Shown: positions 19,316-29,230, numbered from the stretch's first letter. The stretch: 59,164 nt of DNA from a bacterium (GCA_031362565.1 JANLSU010000020.1:1-59164); one strand, 5' to 3'. Notes: generated by a model not told the origin, from the letters alone. Numbers and translations: made by a program.

Positions 19316-20341
19316 TCACTCGCGGACCGTGTCGAGCGAATCGGCGTCGCCGCCGAGCGGCTGGAGAGCGGCGGCCGTGCCGGCACCGGGGGCCCGGGTC
19401 GGGGTCTCCCGCACGTCGTCGCTGCCGGGCGCTGCCTTTTCGAGCTTCATTCCGGCGTACGTGCTGGCGAGCTGAACCTGGGTGCCGCGCCGCAAAGCGT
19501 CCAGAATCGCTTCCTGTGACGACTGCTGCTTTTGCAACAACAGGGAGTGCATGATCTCGTCGCGGACCGCGTCGAACGACAACGGTTCCGCGGCCGGCCG
19601 CTTGCCCGCCACCTTGACCACGTGGAAGCCGAACATCGTCGCAATGGGGCCGGCTACTTGCCCGGGCTCGAGACCGAGGACGTAGGACTCGAAGGCGGGG
19701 TTCATCGCGCCCTTCCCCAAGAAACCGAGGTCGCCGCCCCGGGCCGCCGACGCGTCGCGCGAACGCTGCCGTGCCAGCTCTTCGAACGACGCGCCGTTGC
19801 GCACCATGGCGAGCACCTCTTCGGCTTCTTCGCGCGTGTTGACCACGATGTGCTTGAGCTGCAGTTCCTGAGTGTATTCCGCCACATGCTTCTGGTAGTA
19901 CGCCTGCAGTTCCTCGTTGCTGACTCGAACCCGATTCGTCAATTCGCGCTGCAGGAATTCGTCGGCCAGCATGTCGCGTTTCATTTCGACGAGCCGTGAG
20001 GCGATCTGCGGATCGGATTCGAGTCCGTCTTTCTGGGCCCGCTGGTACAGGAGTTCGGTTCGCACCCAGCGGTCCATGATGTCGCGGATTTCGGATCCGG
20101 TGATCCCCTCGCGCAGTTCCGTTGGAATCAGGCGCTGCAGATCGGCCTCGGTGAGCTTGGCGTCGTTGACCTGCGCCAAAACGCCGCCACCCAGGGCACC
20201 CGTCGTGCCAACGCCGGTCGCCGGCTGCTTCTTGCCGCAGCCGGACCCGAGCCCGGCACCCAGTGCGAGCACGAGCACCAGGCCGGCTGTCCTCCGAAGC
20301 TGCATGCGCCACTCCATCCAGCCCACCTTCGTCAACTTCAC
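19316..20341 (-). CDS. PpiC-type peptidyl-prolyl isomerase, lipoprotein
   Basis: GLGSGC lipobox-like signal; KHIVV...FEELARQRSRD...GGDLGF...FGFHVVKV. GTG start overlaps the upstream stop. Confidence 0.88.
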   Translation of the reverse strand: MKLTKVGWMEWRMQLRRTAGLVLVLALGAGLGSGCGKKQPATGVGTTGALGGGVLAQVNDAKLTEADLQRLIPTELREGITGSEIRDIMDRWVRTELLYQRAQKDGLESDPQIASRLVEMKRDMLADEFLQRELTNRVRVSNEELQAYYQKHVAEYTQELQLKHIVVNTREEAEEVLAMVRNGASFEELARQRSRDASAARGGDLGFLGKGAMNPAFESYVLGLEPGQVAGPIATMFGFHVVKVAGKRPAAEPLSFDAVRDEIMHSLLLQKQQSSQEAILDALRRGTQVQLASTYAGMKLEKAAPGSDDVRETPTRAPGAGTAAALQPLGGDADSLDTVRE

Positions 20342-22143
20342 GGTGCCGTCTTGACGGGGCGGCCCGGGACATAGACGTCGTCGCGTTCCACCTTCGCAGC
20401 CGCGAGCGCTTTCTCGTCAATGTCGATCTTGACGGTCTTCTTCCAGTCGGCCAGCAGCTCGTTCAGCTTGTCTTCTTGCCACTGGTTCTTCCAGTCTTGC
20501 CCGACGGTCGTGGCGATTTCGTCGAACCCGAACTGGCGCTCCGGTTCGATCGTCGCGAGCTGAATCATGACCCAGAAATCCTTCGTCTTGAAGGGCTCGG
20601 TGAAGTCGCCGACCTTCTGCAGCTCGAACGTCTTCGGTACGAGTTCCTGAAAATCCGGGTTGTCGCGCGTGAACGCCAGCGTCTGTACGTCGGCGGGCTT
20701 GGTGGCGTTGTCGTTGTAGCGCACCGCCACATCCACGAACGGCTGGCCGCCCTTGATCTCGGCGGCGGCGCGCTGGACGACGCGTTCCTGCTGATTGAAG
20801 ATGAGGTTCACGGCGCGCTTCTCGTGGTCGATGTAGAACTTCAGGTGGCTGTCATAGAACGCCTTGGCCTGTTCGGTGGTACCTTCCGGCGCCTGGCTGC
20901 CGACCAGGTTCTCGTGCAGGATCGACACCATGATTTGCTCGCGGCGCAACTTGACTTCGTCCGTGACCTGCGGCAGCGAATAGACACCGTCCTTGCGCGC
21001 ACGCTCGAGTTGAAAATCCTTGAACCACCGGTCGCGGATCCAATACTTCACGCCCACCATGCCGGTGACGCGCTTCGGCCGTTCGAACCAATTCGTCGTG
21101 TCGTATTTGTCCGAAAACTCCCCGATCGTCACCTTGCGGCCGTCGACTTCGAGCAGAGTACGCGCCCGCTCCTCGGTCGTGAACGGAATGACCGGCTTGA
21201 CCTCGGTCTTGGCGTCCGGCGGGTTCTGCGGGTCGCCATCCGGCGGGAACTTGTCGTAGGCCGCGGCGACGGCCTCTTCGTCGATCTTCAGGCCATGCGA
21301 CTTGGCGATGTCCTGGTAGTACGCTTCGGTGATCGTGCGCTTGCGCCGCATTTGAATCTGCTTCGAAATGCGCTCGCGCTGTTCGGAATCCAGCGGGGAC
21401 AGGACGATTTTTTCCTCGCTGATCGGCAGGAACAGGTGCCAGCCGTAACCGGTCTCCACCGGCTGCGATACTTCGCCGGTAGGGGTGCCGAACACCGCAT
21501 CCTCGACCGGCGGGATCGCATCTCCGTACTGGATCTTGCCGGGGAACATGGCGCGCTGCAGGAGCGGCAGTTCTTCGCCGGTGTTCACGTCCTTGCGCGG
21601 CACGGTGCTATAGATGGTGACAAGCGAATCGAAGTTCGCCGCGGTGGCCTTCTTGCGCAGCTCCTCGGCTTCGCGCTGGGTGCGTAGCACGATGTGCTTG
21701 GCCATCGCCTTGCGCTTCTTGTTCTCGTAGAACTTCTCGATGTCGGCGTCGGTCACGTCGAGTTTACCCTTGGTGAGCTGGTCGATCGCCGCAGTTGTCG
21801 CGAGGTTGTCCTCGTATATCTTCATGTTGCCGGTAACGCGCGGGTCGTTGCCGATCTGCAATTCGTCGGCCTTGAGCGCCATGAGTTCCTTGTTGACGAT
21901 GAAGTCGAGGAACTTGCGCCGGCCGGCGAGGTCGAGCGTGTCGGGTAGGAAGCGGCGTTCCATTTTCGCGATGCGCTGTTCGTAGTAGGCCTGGGTAATC
22001 GGCCGGCCGCCGACGCGGGCCACGACCGTACTCGAACCCGAGTCGCCCGCCGGTGCGGGGCCATCGCCCTTCTTGCAGGCACCGGCGCCGGCGCCGAGAG
22101 CCACGCACGCCACGAGGAGAAGGGCGCGGTGCTTGCGAAACAT
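20338..22143 (-). CDS. Multi-domain parvulin-type PPIase/foldase, lipoprotein
   Basis: AGAC lipobox; VVARVGGRPIT; AKHIVL...GEVSQPVETGYGWHL; second degenerate rotamase domain. Confidence 0.85.
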   Translation of the reverse strand: MFRKHRALLLVACVALGAGAGACKKGDGPAPAGDSGSSTVVARVGGRPITQAYYEQRIAKMERRFLPDTLDLAGRRKFLDFIVNKELMALKADELQIGNDPRVTGNMKIYEDNLATTAAIDQLTKGKLDVTDADIEKFYENKKRKAMAKHIVLRTQREAEELRKKATAANFDSLVTIYSTVPRKDVNTGEELPLLQRAMFPGKIQYGDAIPPVEDAVFGTPTGEVSQPVETGYGWHLFLPISEEKIVLSPLDSEQRERISKQIQMRRKRTITEAYYQDIAKSHGLKIDEEAVAAAYDKFPPDGDPQNPPDAKTEVKPVIPFTTEERARTLLEVDGRKVTIGEFSDKYDTTNWFERPKRVTGMVGVKYWIRDRWFKDFQLERARKDGVYSLPQVTDEVKLRREQIMVSILHENLVGSQAPEGTTEQAKAFYDSHLKFYIDHEKRAVNLIFNQQERVVQRAAAEIKGGQPFVDVAVRYNDNATKPADVQTLAFTRDNPDFQELVPKTFELQKVGDFTEPFKTKDFWVMIQLATIEPERQFGFDEIATTVGQDWKNQWQEDKLNELLADWKKTVKIDIDEKALAAAKVERDDVYVPGRPVKTAP

Positions 22144-22798
22144 GAATGCTCCTTTATGTCCTTACCCGGACGCTGTTCTGGCGCCGGAACCCAGCGGCGC
22201 TCCGCCCGCGCGTGCGCACCCTTGGGTTCGACGGCCTGGTTTCACGATGAGGTCGGGCGGCTGTGGAATCGAAACGGCGGGCGCCGACCGCGCGGCCCGC
22301 CACCCGTTCGGGCGGCGGATCCGACAACAAACCGCCCCATGATAGGGGGAACGGGCCCGGGGCCGCCAGAGAGGGATTGCGCGGCTCGCCGGCCTCCCCG
22401 ACCAGGGCCGTAGCTGCCTGGAATGGGCGGCCCTCCGCCCCTCTGCCGCGCACCGCCTTGTGCAACTCCCGACGACCCCGCGATCCGGGAACCGTGGGCC
22501 TCGTGGACCGTGGATTCAGCACCCGCGCTCGTGCGGCTTGAATTCTGCGGCAATCGCCGCCGTCCAAGCCCTCGACGGCCGCCGAGCGCGTGCACCAGGC
22601 GGCGTCGCAGACAATTCAATACCCGAGTTGGCAGGCTTGGGACTCGTGGGCGAACACCGCTGCCCCGTCCAGCCGCCACTCGGCGCCTTCGCGCCAGAGT
22701 CGCGCGCTCTCGTGGCCGGGCCGGTCGACGCGCCGCCACAGGATCGTTGTGCCGTGCATCCGGGTCCTCCTTCGCGCGCCGGGTGGGGTGACGCGACG

Positions 22799-25700
22799 CT
22801 ACTGGACCTTGGCGGTCGCCAGCGTCGCCTCGAGCAACGCGAGTTGCGCCGCCACCTGTTCGAGCCGGCCGGCCAGCGGCGCCGCCGCACTGCCCGCTGC
22901 ACCGCCCGCCACACCTTTGAAGTGCAGGATGATTTTGAACCCGCTCGCCGCGTCGAAGCCGATCTTGTTGGGCGATGCTTTGACGAGCGATTCGATTTCC
23001 GCGCGCGTCAGGCTGCGGCCCGTGCGCAGCCACAGGTCGGCTTGGGCGCCACGCACCCGGACGCGCTCGATGCCGCTCCGCCAGGCCCGAATGCGCAGCA
23101 CCGCGACTTGTAAGAGCGTCACGGCGGCCGGCGGCAGCGGGCCGTAGCGGTCCACCAGTTCTTCGCCAAGTGCATCGACTTGGGTTGGGTCTGTCATGGC
23201 GGCGATCTTCTTGTACACCAGCATCTTTTCTTCGGGCTCCGGGATGTACTCCTCGGGCACCAAGTAGTCGCCGTCGATTTCGATCTTGGCCGACACATCC
23301 TCGGGGATTTCCTTGCCCGACAATTCGGCAATCGTCTGCTCCAGCAGCTTGCAATAGAGTTCGAAGCCGATGGCGATGAGATGGCCGTGCTGTTGCTGGC
23401 CCAGGATGTTTCCGGCGCCGCGAATCTCGAGATCGCGCATGGCAATCTTAAGACCCGACCCCAGCGCCTCGAACTCCTGCAGCACGGACAGGCGCTTGCG
23501 GGCCAATTCCGTCGTCTGGCCGCCGCGCGGCACCATGAAGTACGCGTAGGCCTTGTGGCTCGAACGTCCGACCCGGCCGCGCAATTGGTAGAGCTGCGCC
23601 AACCCCAACCGGTCGGCGCGGTTCACGAGCAGCGTGTTGACGTTCGGAATGTCGAGCCCGCTCTCGATGATCATCGTCGAGACCAGAACGTCGTACTTGC
23701 GTTCCATGAAGTCGAGCATCACCTGCTCCAGATGGTGCTCGTCCATCTGTCCGTGGCCGACGGCGACGCGCGCCTGCGGCACGATGCGCTTCACGAAGCC
23801 CGCCATCGCATCGATGCTCTCGACCCGGTTGTGCACGAAATACACCTGCCCGCCGCGATCCAGTTCGCGCAGGATCGCATCGACAATGGTTTCTTCGTCG
23901 AACGGAATGATTTCGGTCTGTACCGGCAGACGGTCGCGCGGCGCCGTTTCGATGAGCGACATGTCGCGCATACCGACGAGCGCCATGTTGAGCGTGCGCG
24001 GGATCGGCGTCGCCGTCATGCTGATGGCGTCCACCGTCTGTTTGAGCTGCTTCAGGCGCTCCTTGTGCCCGACTCCGAAGCGGTGTTCTTCATCGATGAC
24101 GAGTAATCCCAGCGACTTGAATGCCAGGTCTTTCGAGAGCAGCCGGTGCGTCCCGATGAGGACATCGACTTCGCCGCGCGCCAGCGCCGCCAGGATCGCC
24201 TTGCTCTCTTTGGGATTGCGGAGCCGCGACAACATTTCGACGTTGGCCGGGAAGCCGGCGAAGCGCTCGCGGAAGGTGTTCAGGTGCTGCTGCGCCAGAA
24301 TGGTCGTCGGCACGAGGACGGCGACTTGCCGGCCGTCGACGACCGCCTTGAAGGCGGCGCGAATGGCGACTTCGGTCTTGCCGTAGCCGACGTCGCCGCA
24401 AATCAACCGGTCCATGGGTTGCGGGCGTTCCATGTCGCGTTTGACGTCATCGATGGCGCGCTGCTGGTCGGGCGTTTCGTCATACAGGAACGTCGCTTCG
24501 AGTTCTTTGAGCAGGTGTGAGTCGGGGCTATAGGCGTGGCCCTGGCGCGAGGCGCGCACCGCCGCCAACTCCAAGAGTTCTTCCGCCATGTCATTGATGG
24601 CCGACTTGGCGCGTTCGGTGGCCCGTGCCCACTGCGTCCCGCCCAGCTTGGTGAGTGGCGGCGCAATGCCTTCTTTGCCGACGTACTTCTCGACCAGATT
24701 GATCTGGTCGACGGTCACGAAGATCTTGTCACCCTCGGCGAAACTCAACTCGAGGCAGTCCATTTCGCTGCCTTCGACCAGAATCGTCTTGATGCCGGCG
24801 TAGCGCGCGATGCCATAGTTGACATGCACCACGAAGTCGCCTGGTTGCAGGTCTTCGTAGGCCGACGTGCCTTGGGCGATGCGGTACTTGCGCCGGCGCT
24901 GACGTTTGTGGAAGCGGTGGAAGACTTCGCGGTCGGTGAGCACGACGATGCCGGCCTTGCCGGCCGTCGGCAGCACGAATCCGGCTTGCAACTCGCCCAC
25001 CGGGAAGTCGAGGCCGTCCGCAATGTCGTCCAAGATCTCGCGCAGGCGTTCGGCTTGGCCTTCGTTGTCGCAGACGATGCGGATACGCTGGCCTTGCTTC
25101 AGGCGCTTGTCGAGATCGCGCTGCAATTCGATGATGTTGCCGGCGTAGGGAGTTGTCGCGTGCACCTCGGCGCGCACGATGCGCGGCGCGGGGCCGGGCG
25201 TGGCCGCAAGTGCCGTTGGCGGTCGCGGCGGTGCCGCATCGCGCGAAGCGGCGTCGGACGTGCGGTCGGCGCGCGCCGGTGCCGCAGCCGGCCATTCACC
25301 GACGTCTTCCAGCAATTCGTCCGGGATCGGCGTCGCGGTTTTCGCGCTTCCCGGCCGCCGCGCCTCGGCATCCGAGTCCACTGCGGCGGTTTCACGCAAC
25401 GCTTCGAGCGGCGGTGCCGTACCGGTCCAGTTCACATCCGAAAAGTAGACGCAAGGCAAAAGCTCGGTCAGCGCGATGAGGTCTTCGTTCGGCGCGTAGA
25501 CCTGCTCGGGGCGCGGCACCGGTTCGCCTGCCTGGGCACAGTCCTCGAACTGGCGGTGAATTTCGCCTTCGAGCCGCCGCAGTTGCTCGACGATGGGCTG
25601 CGGCCGCATCCAAACAAGGCGTGTGTCCGGTGTCATGTAGTCGGTGAGGAGGGCGCGCGGCGCATAGAATGGCGCGTAGCGTTCCAAGCCGTCGAAATGC

Positions 25701-26485
25701 AGCCGTTCGCCGATATGGTCGGCGAGTTTCGCGCGCTCGGCCAGCGCACCGTGCCGCGTCGATTCGACGGTGGCGCGCGCCCGCCGCACGTTTTCGTCCG
25801 ACAAAATGAGCTGCGAACACGGCGGCACGAGCGCCGATTCGATCGGGCGCAGCGAACGCTGCGTCGTGGCATCGAAGAAGCGAATTGATTCGATCGTGTC
25901 GCCGAAGAACTCGAGCCGCAGCGGGTTCTCGTACGAGACGCTGAAAACGTCGAGGATGCCGCCCTTGCGCGCGACGTCACCGGGCGCATCGACCCGCGGC
26001 ACCGCGTAATAGCCCATCTCCGCCAGGCGGCGGACGACGTCCTCCGGATCGACATCGTCGCCGGCTTGGAACTTGAGCGTGTACTCCTTGATCTCACGCG
26101 GCGGCAGCACCTTCCACTTGAGGCCTTTCGCCGAGGTCACGACGATGCTCGGGTCGCCCGACTGCAACCGGTGCAGCACTTCGACTTGCTGTCCGACGAG
26201 CCCCTTGTAAGGCGACTTCTTGTCGTAGGGCAGGATTTCCTGCTCTGGAAAATGCAGCACCGGGACATCTGGAAGCAGCGACGAAAGATCGCCGGCGAGG
26301 GCATCGGCTTCTTCGAGAGTGGCCGCGATGACCAGCATCTGCGCCGGTTCATCGCGAAACAAAAGAGCCGCCGCCAAGGACGCACTGCTCCCATGCAGAG
26401 AGGTGAGAACCCCCCCTGGGAAGGCGTCCCGCACTTGCCAGAGCAAGCGCTGTTGTTCGGCCCGCGGCAGGAGTCGGTCGAGCAT
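22799..26485 (-). CDS. mfd: Transcription-repair coupling factor Mfd
   Basis: RID (GDFVVHVNYGIARY), GDVGYGKTEV, DEEHRFG, TATPIPRT, QLRGRVGR, TRG motif DLEIRGAGNILG, C-terminal TRCF domain. Confidence 0.98.
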   Translation of the reverse strand: MLDRLLPRAEQQRLLWQVRDAFPGGVLTSLHGSSASLAAALLFRDEPAQMLVIAATLEEADALAGDLSSLLPDVPVLHFPEQEILPYDKKSPYKGLVGQQVEVLHRLQSGDPSIVVTSAKGLKWKVLPPREIKEYTLKFQAGDDVDPEDVVRRLAEMGYYAVPRVDAPGDVARKGGILDVFSVSYENPLRLEFFGDTIESIRFFDATTQRSLRPIESALVPPCSQLILSDENVRRARATVESTRHGALAERAKLADHIGERLHFDGLERYAPFYAPRALLTDYMTPDTRLVWMRPQPIVEQLRRLEGEIHRQFEDCAQAGEPVPRPEQVYAPNEDLIALTELLPCVYFSDVNWTGTAPPLEALRETAAVDSDAEARRPGSAKTATPIPDELLEDVGEWPAAAPARADRTSDAASRDAAPPRPPTALAATPGPAPRIVRAEVHATTPYAGNIIELQRDLDKRLKQGQRIRIVCDNEGQAERLREILDDIADGLDFPVGELQAGFVLPTAGKAGIVVLTDREVFHRFHKRQRRRKYRIAQGTSAYEDLQPGDFVVHVNYGIARYAGIKTILVEGSEMDCLELSFAEGDKIFVTVDQINLVEKYVGKEGIAPPLTKLGGTQWARATERAKSAINDMAEELLELAAVRASRQGHAYSPDSHLLKELEATFLYDETPDQQRAIDDVKRDMERPQPMDRLICGDVGYGKTEVAIRAAFKAVVDGRQVAVLVPTTILAQQHLNTFRERFAGFPANVEMLSRLRNPKESKAILAALARGEVDVLIGTHRLLSKDLAFKSLGLLVIDEEHRFGVGHKERLKQLKQTVDAISMTATPIPRTLNMALVGMRDMSLIETAPRDRLPVQTEIIPFDEETIVDAILRELDRGGQVYFVHNRVESIDAMAGFVKRIVPQARVAVGHGQMDEHHLEQVMLDFMERKYDVLVSTMIIESGLDIPNVNTLLVNRADRLGLAQLYQLRGRVGRSSHKAYAYFMVPRGGQTTELARKRLSVLQEFEALGSGLKIAMRDLEIRGAGNILGQQQHGHLIAIGFELYCKLLEQTIAELSGKEIPEDVSAKIEIDGDYLVPEEYIPEPEEKMLVYKKIAAMTDPTQVDALGEELVDRYGPLPPAAVTLLQVAVLRIRAWRSGIERVRVRGAQADLWLRTGRSLTRAEIESLVKASPNKIGFDAASGFKIILHFKGVAGGAAGSAAAPLAGRLEQVAAQLALLEATLATAKVQ

Positions 26486-26560
26486 TTAGTGTGTTTCGGG
26501 AGCCGGCACCCGTCATCGCGCGGAGAGCACGATCACCGGATGCCGGACGCCGGAGCGCCC

Positions 26561-26590
26561 AACTTAGGCGGCATGCGGGAGGGGTGTCAA
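26561..26590 (-). promoter_or_regulatory. Putative sigma-70 promoter of mfd
   Basis: TTGACA (26590-26585), 18 bp, TAAGTT (26566-26561). Confidence 0.5.
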
Positions 26591-26699
26591 GCGCCCCAAT
26601 TGGCGGGCAAGCTGTTTCGGACTCTATAACCAGCCGTGAGCTGGACGTAAGTCGTATCTCGACCGCGGGATTCAGATTCCGGTTCGCTCGGTCTGCTCC

Positions 26700-26849
26700 G
26701 TGACGGCTGAATTCGCGGCGGGAGAGCTGGTCTCGCGCACCTGGGACGGAACCGACGCGCGAGGCCACCATCTCGTGGACGGGATCTACTTTGCCCAACT
26801 GCGGACCGGGACACACGTCTCTGCGGTCAAAATACTGCTCTGCCGATAG
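26700..26849 (+). pseudogene. Orphan remnant of an FlgD-Ig/T9SS-like C-terminal domain (49 codons)
   Basis: Reads VTAEFAAGELVSRTWDGTDARGHHLVDGIYFAQLRTGTHVSAVKILLCR*, matching the last half of the three intact CTDs in this window; in-frame stop upstream at 26637-26639. Confidence 0.75.
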
Positions 26850-27022
26850 CCTGAGGGCTCCCCGCCGGCAGCGCCTGCAAGTCGGCAACATCCCCGGAAT
26901 TCCGCCGCGCTCCGGCGATCCACGGAGCGCCGGCCCAGCAGTTCCCCGTAACCACTCGGCCTCTTCCTGGTCCGCCGCCTGACGAAGGTGCTACGCGGGC
27001 AATTTACTTCACGAGCATCGCC

Positions 27023-27088
27023 ACCGAACGCCCTGCCGATAAGCCGCGGGCGCCGAAGGCGACCGTCAGTTTCATCGCCTTGTCAACC
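27023..27088 (-). mobile_element. attC-like integron cassette recombination site (degenerate R'')
   Basis: Minus strand GGTTGAC AAGGC GATGAAAC TGACGG TCGCC TTC GGCGC CCG CG GCTTATC GGCAGGGC GTTCGGT: R''/L''/L'/R' layout, imperfect hairpin with two unpaired bases on the left arm, 66 bp, overlapping the terC stop codon. Confidence 0.6.
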
Positions 27089-28150
27089 CACGCTCTCACC
27101 GCGACGTTCAGCAATCAAGGACACCGCTACACCTACACCCAGGATCAGAAGCACGACTCCGAGCAAGTAGAAGTTGAAGCTGCTGCCGAGCACCTCTTTC
27201 AGCCACTTTGCGATCAGCATTTTCACGCCAACCACCATCAACACCAACGCGAGTGCCACCTTGAGGTATCTGAACTTGTCAAGCATGCCTCCCAGCGCGA
27301 AGTAGAGAGAGCGGAGGCCGAGGATCGCAAAGACGTTACTGGTGAACACCAAGAACGGGTCGCCTGTAATAGCGAAAATCGCCGGGATCGAGTCCACCGC
27401 AAAAACCAAGTCCGTAAACTCGACCATGATCAGGGCCAAGGCCAAGGGCGTCAGCATCCACGTGCCGGGCCGAGCCTGGTCCACCGCCGCATCCGGGAGG
27501 GCGGCCGTCCCAGGGAACTCGCTCTCGTATGAGGCCGGCGCTCCAGCCCGAACGACGAAGTGCTGTCCGTGGAACCGCGAGGTGATCGGTAAGAATCGCC
27601 GGGTGAGCCGTACGATGATGTTCTGGTTGGGGTCCGTGTGGTCCGTCTTCAAGATCAGCATCTTGATCCCTGTGACGATCAGGAAACCGCCAAAGACGTA
27701 GAGGATCCAGTGGTACTTTGCAATCAAGGTGGCGCCCAGTGCAATCATGGCCCCGCGCATCGCCAGGGCGCCCAGGATGCCCCAAAACAGCACTCGATGC
27801 TGGTAGATCGGCGGAACCGCAAAGAAGCCGAAGAGCATCGCGATCACGAAGATGTTGTCGATGCTCAGCGACTTCTCGACGACGTACCCCGTCAGGTATT
27901 TGAGCGTCGCCTTCGTGCCGTCGTTTGTCACCCCATCGACAGCATCGATCGCACTACCCAGTCCCAGCCAGTGGTTTTCGTACCCGTAGTACACGAACAC
28001 GGAGAAGGTCAGCCCCACCGTAGCCCACACGGCGGACCACGCCAGGGCCTCCTTCAGCGTGACCACATGGGCTTTCCGATGGAAAACCCCCAGGTCGAGC
28101 GCCAGCATCAGTAACACAAAGAGGATGAATCCCACCCACAGCCAGACCAT
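27083..28150 (-). CDS. terC: TerC/Alx-family integral membrane metal-homeostasis protein
   Basis: EKSLSIDNIFV, QHRVLFWGILGAL, DLVFAVDSIPAI, FTSNVFAILGLRSLYF motifs; many TM helices. Confidence 0.95.
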   Translation of the reverse strand: MVWLWVGFILFVLLMLALDLGVFHRKAHVVTLKEALAWSAVWATVGLTFSVFVYYGYENHWLGLGSAIDAVDGVTNDGTKATLKYLTGYVVEKSLSIDNIFVIAMLFGFFAVPPIYQHRVLFWGILGALAMRGAMIALGATLIAKYHWILYVFGGFLIVTGIKMLILKTDHTDPNQNIIVRLTRRFLPITSRFHGQHFVVRAGAPASYESEFPGTAALPDAAVDQARPGTWMLTPLALALIMVEFTDLVFAVDSIPAIFAITGDPFLVFTSNVFAILGLRSLYFALGGMLDKFRYLKVALALVLMVVGVKMLIAKWLKEVLGSSFNFYLLGVVLLILGVGVAVSLIAERRGESVG

Positions 28151-28191
28151 TCAAGACTCTCCTTGCTGGTTCGGTCTCATTCTACAAGCCG

Positions 28192-29004
28192 TCACGATTT
28201 CGACGGCCCACGCAGCGCCTCGATCTCTCGTCGCAACGCGCGTACCTCGTCGAGGACCAACCGGGTGTGCGCGTCTCCCTCTTCCTTTAGATCATCCGTA
28301 ACCTGTGACTGCATCGCGTTAACAACCACCGCAATGAATAGGTTCAACACCATGAACGTCGCGATGAGCAGGTAAACCACGAAGAAGATCCAAGCATACG
28401 GCGACTGCGTCATGACGGCGCGTGCAATGTCGGGCCAGCCTTCGACGGTCATCACCTGGAACAGTGTGAACAGCGACGCGCCGAGGTTGCCGAAGACTTC
28501 CGGTGCGATTGCACCGAACAACTTCGTGGCCATCACCGCCGACACGTAGAGCACGAGTCCCATTAGACCGAGGACCGACGCCATGCCTGGCATTGCTTTG
28601 AGCAGAGCGCCGATCACCCGGCGCATCGACGGCACCAGCGAAACCAGCCGGAGCACCCGCAGCACGCGCAGGGCGCGCAGGACGGCAAACGCGCTGCCCG
28701 CAGGAACTACCGCTATCCCGACGACCACAAGATCGAACACGCGCCAGGGGTCCTGGAAGAAGCGACCACGGTGAACGAAGCAGCGCAACAGTAGTTCGAC
28801 TACGAACACCAGCAGCACCAGTCGGTCGAACACGTAAAGCGAATCGCCGAATCGTGCTGCGACCGGCGGTGAGGTTTCGATTCCGAGCGCAATGGCGTTC
28901 GCAACGATCAGCGCGGTAATAAGTCTCTCGAACCGCGAACTTTCGATGAAAACGCGAACGCGCGCGCGCAAGCTCGATGCGAGATCGGCATTGCTCGTAT
29001 TCAC
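28192..29004 (-). CDS. Prokaryotic voltage-gated cation channel (BacNav/NaChBac superfamily)
   Basis: Six TM helices; S4 LRALRVLRVLRL; pore helix/filter LFTLFQVMTVEGWPD; S6 LNLFIAVVVNAM; C-terminal coiled coil. Confidence 0.93.
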   Translation of the reverse strand: MNTSNADLASSLRARVRVFIESSRFERLITALIVANAIALGIETSPPVAARFGDSLYVFDRLVLLVFVVELLLRCFVHRGRFFQDPWRVFDLVVVGIAVVPAGSAFAVLRALRVLRVLRLVSLVPSMRRVIGALLKAMPGMASVLGLMGLVLYVSAVMATKLFGAIAPEVFGNLGASLFTLFQVMTVEGWPDIARAVMTQSPYAWIFFVVYLLIATFMVLNLFIAVVVNAMQSQVTDDLKEEGDAHTRLVLDEVRALRREIEALRGPSKS

Positions 29005-29049
29005 GTTGCCTTCTCCATGGATGCCGCGATATTAGCGCTCATCACGAAA

Positions 29050-29170
29050 CCCCGTCGTGTCGATCCTCGTTCCCGCAGTAGGAAGCGATCCCGGCCGAAC
29101 ATCTCGGGGGACCAGACGATCTCAGCCACCGACGATCCGCCGGTGGGCGTCGTGGTGGGACCTCCAGCCG
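29050..29170 (-). ncRNA. Candidate structured cis-regulatory leader RNA upstream of channel-terC
   Basis: Hairpin CCACCGGCG-GAT-CGTCGGTGG followed by a long interrupted stem CCCCG/CGGGG, TGT(T)CG/CGACA, TCG/CGA, TTCC/GGAA, lying between a promoter and the RBS. Confidence 0.55.
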
Positions 29171-29190
29171 CACAAAAGTGACCGCGGAGC

Positions 29191-29219
29191 ATTCTACGTC
29201 TCCAGCCAGTCGTCGGCAA
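29191..29219 (-). promoter_or_regulatory. Putative sigma-70 promoter of the channel-terC operon
   Basis: TTGCCG (29219-29214), 17 bp, TAGAAT (29196-29191). Confidence 0.65.
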
Positions 29220-29230
29220 CTCCATCGGCC

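Noticed and set aside
22144..22798. Gene or ncRNA in the gap between mfd and the PPIases
   Set aside because: The ORFs look like GC-rich noise and I found no recognisable RNA motif or promoter; cannot be excluded without cmscan.
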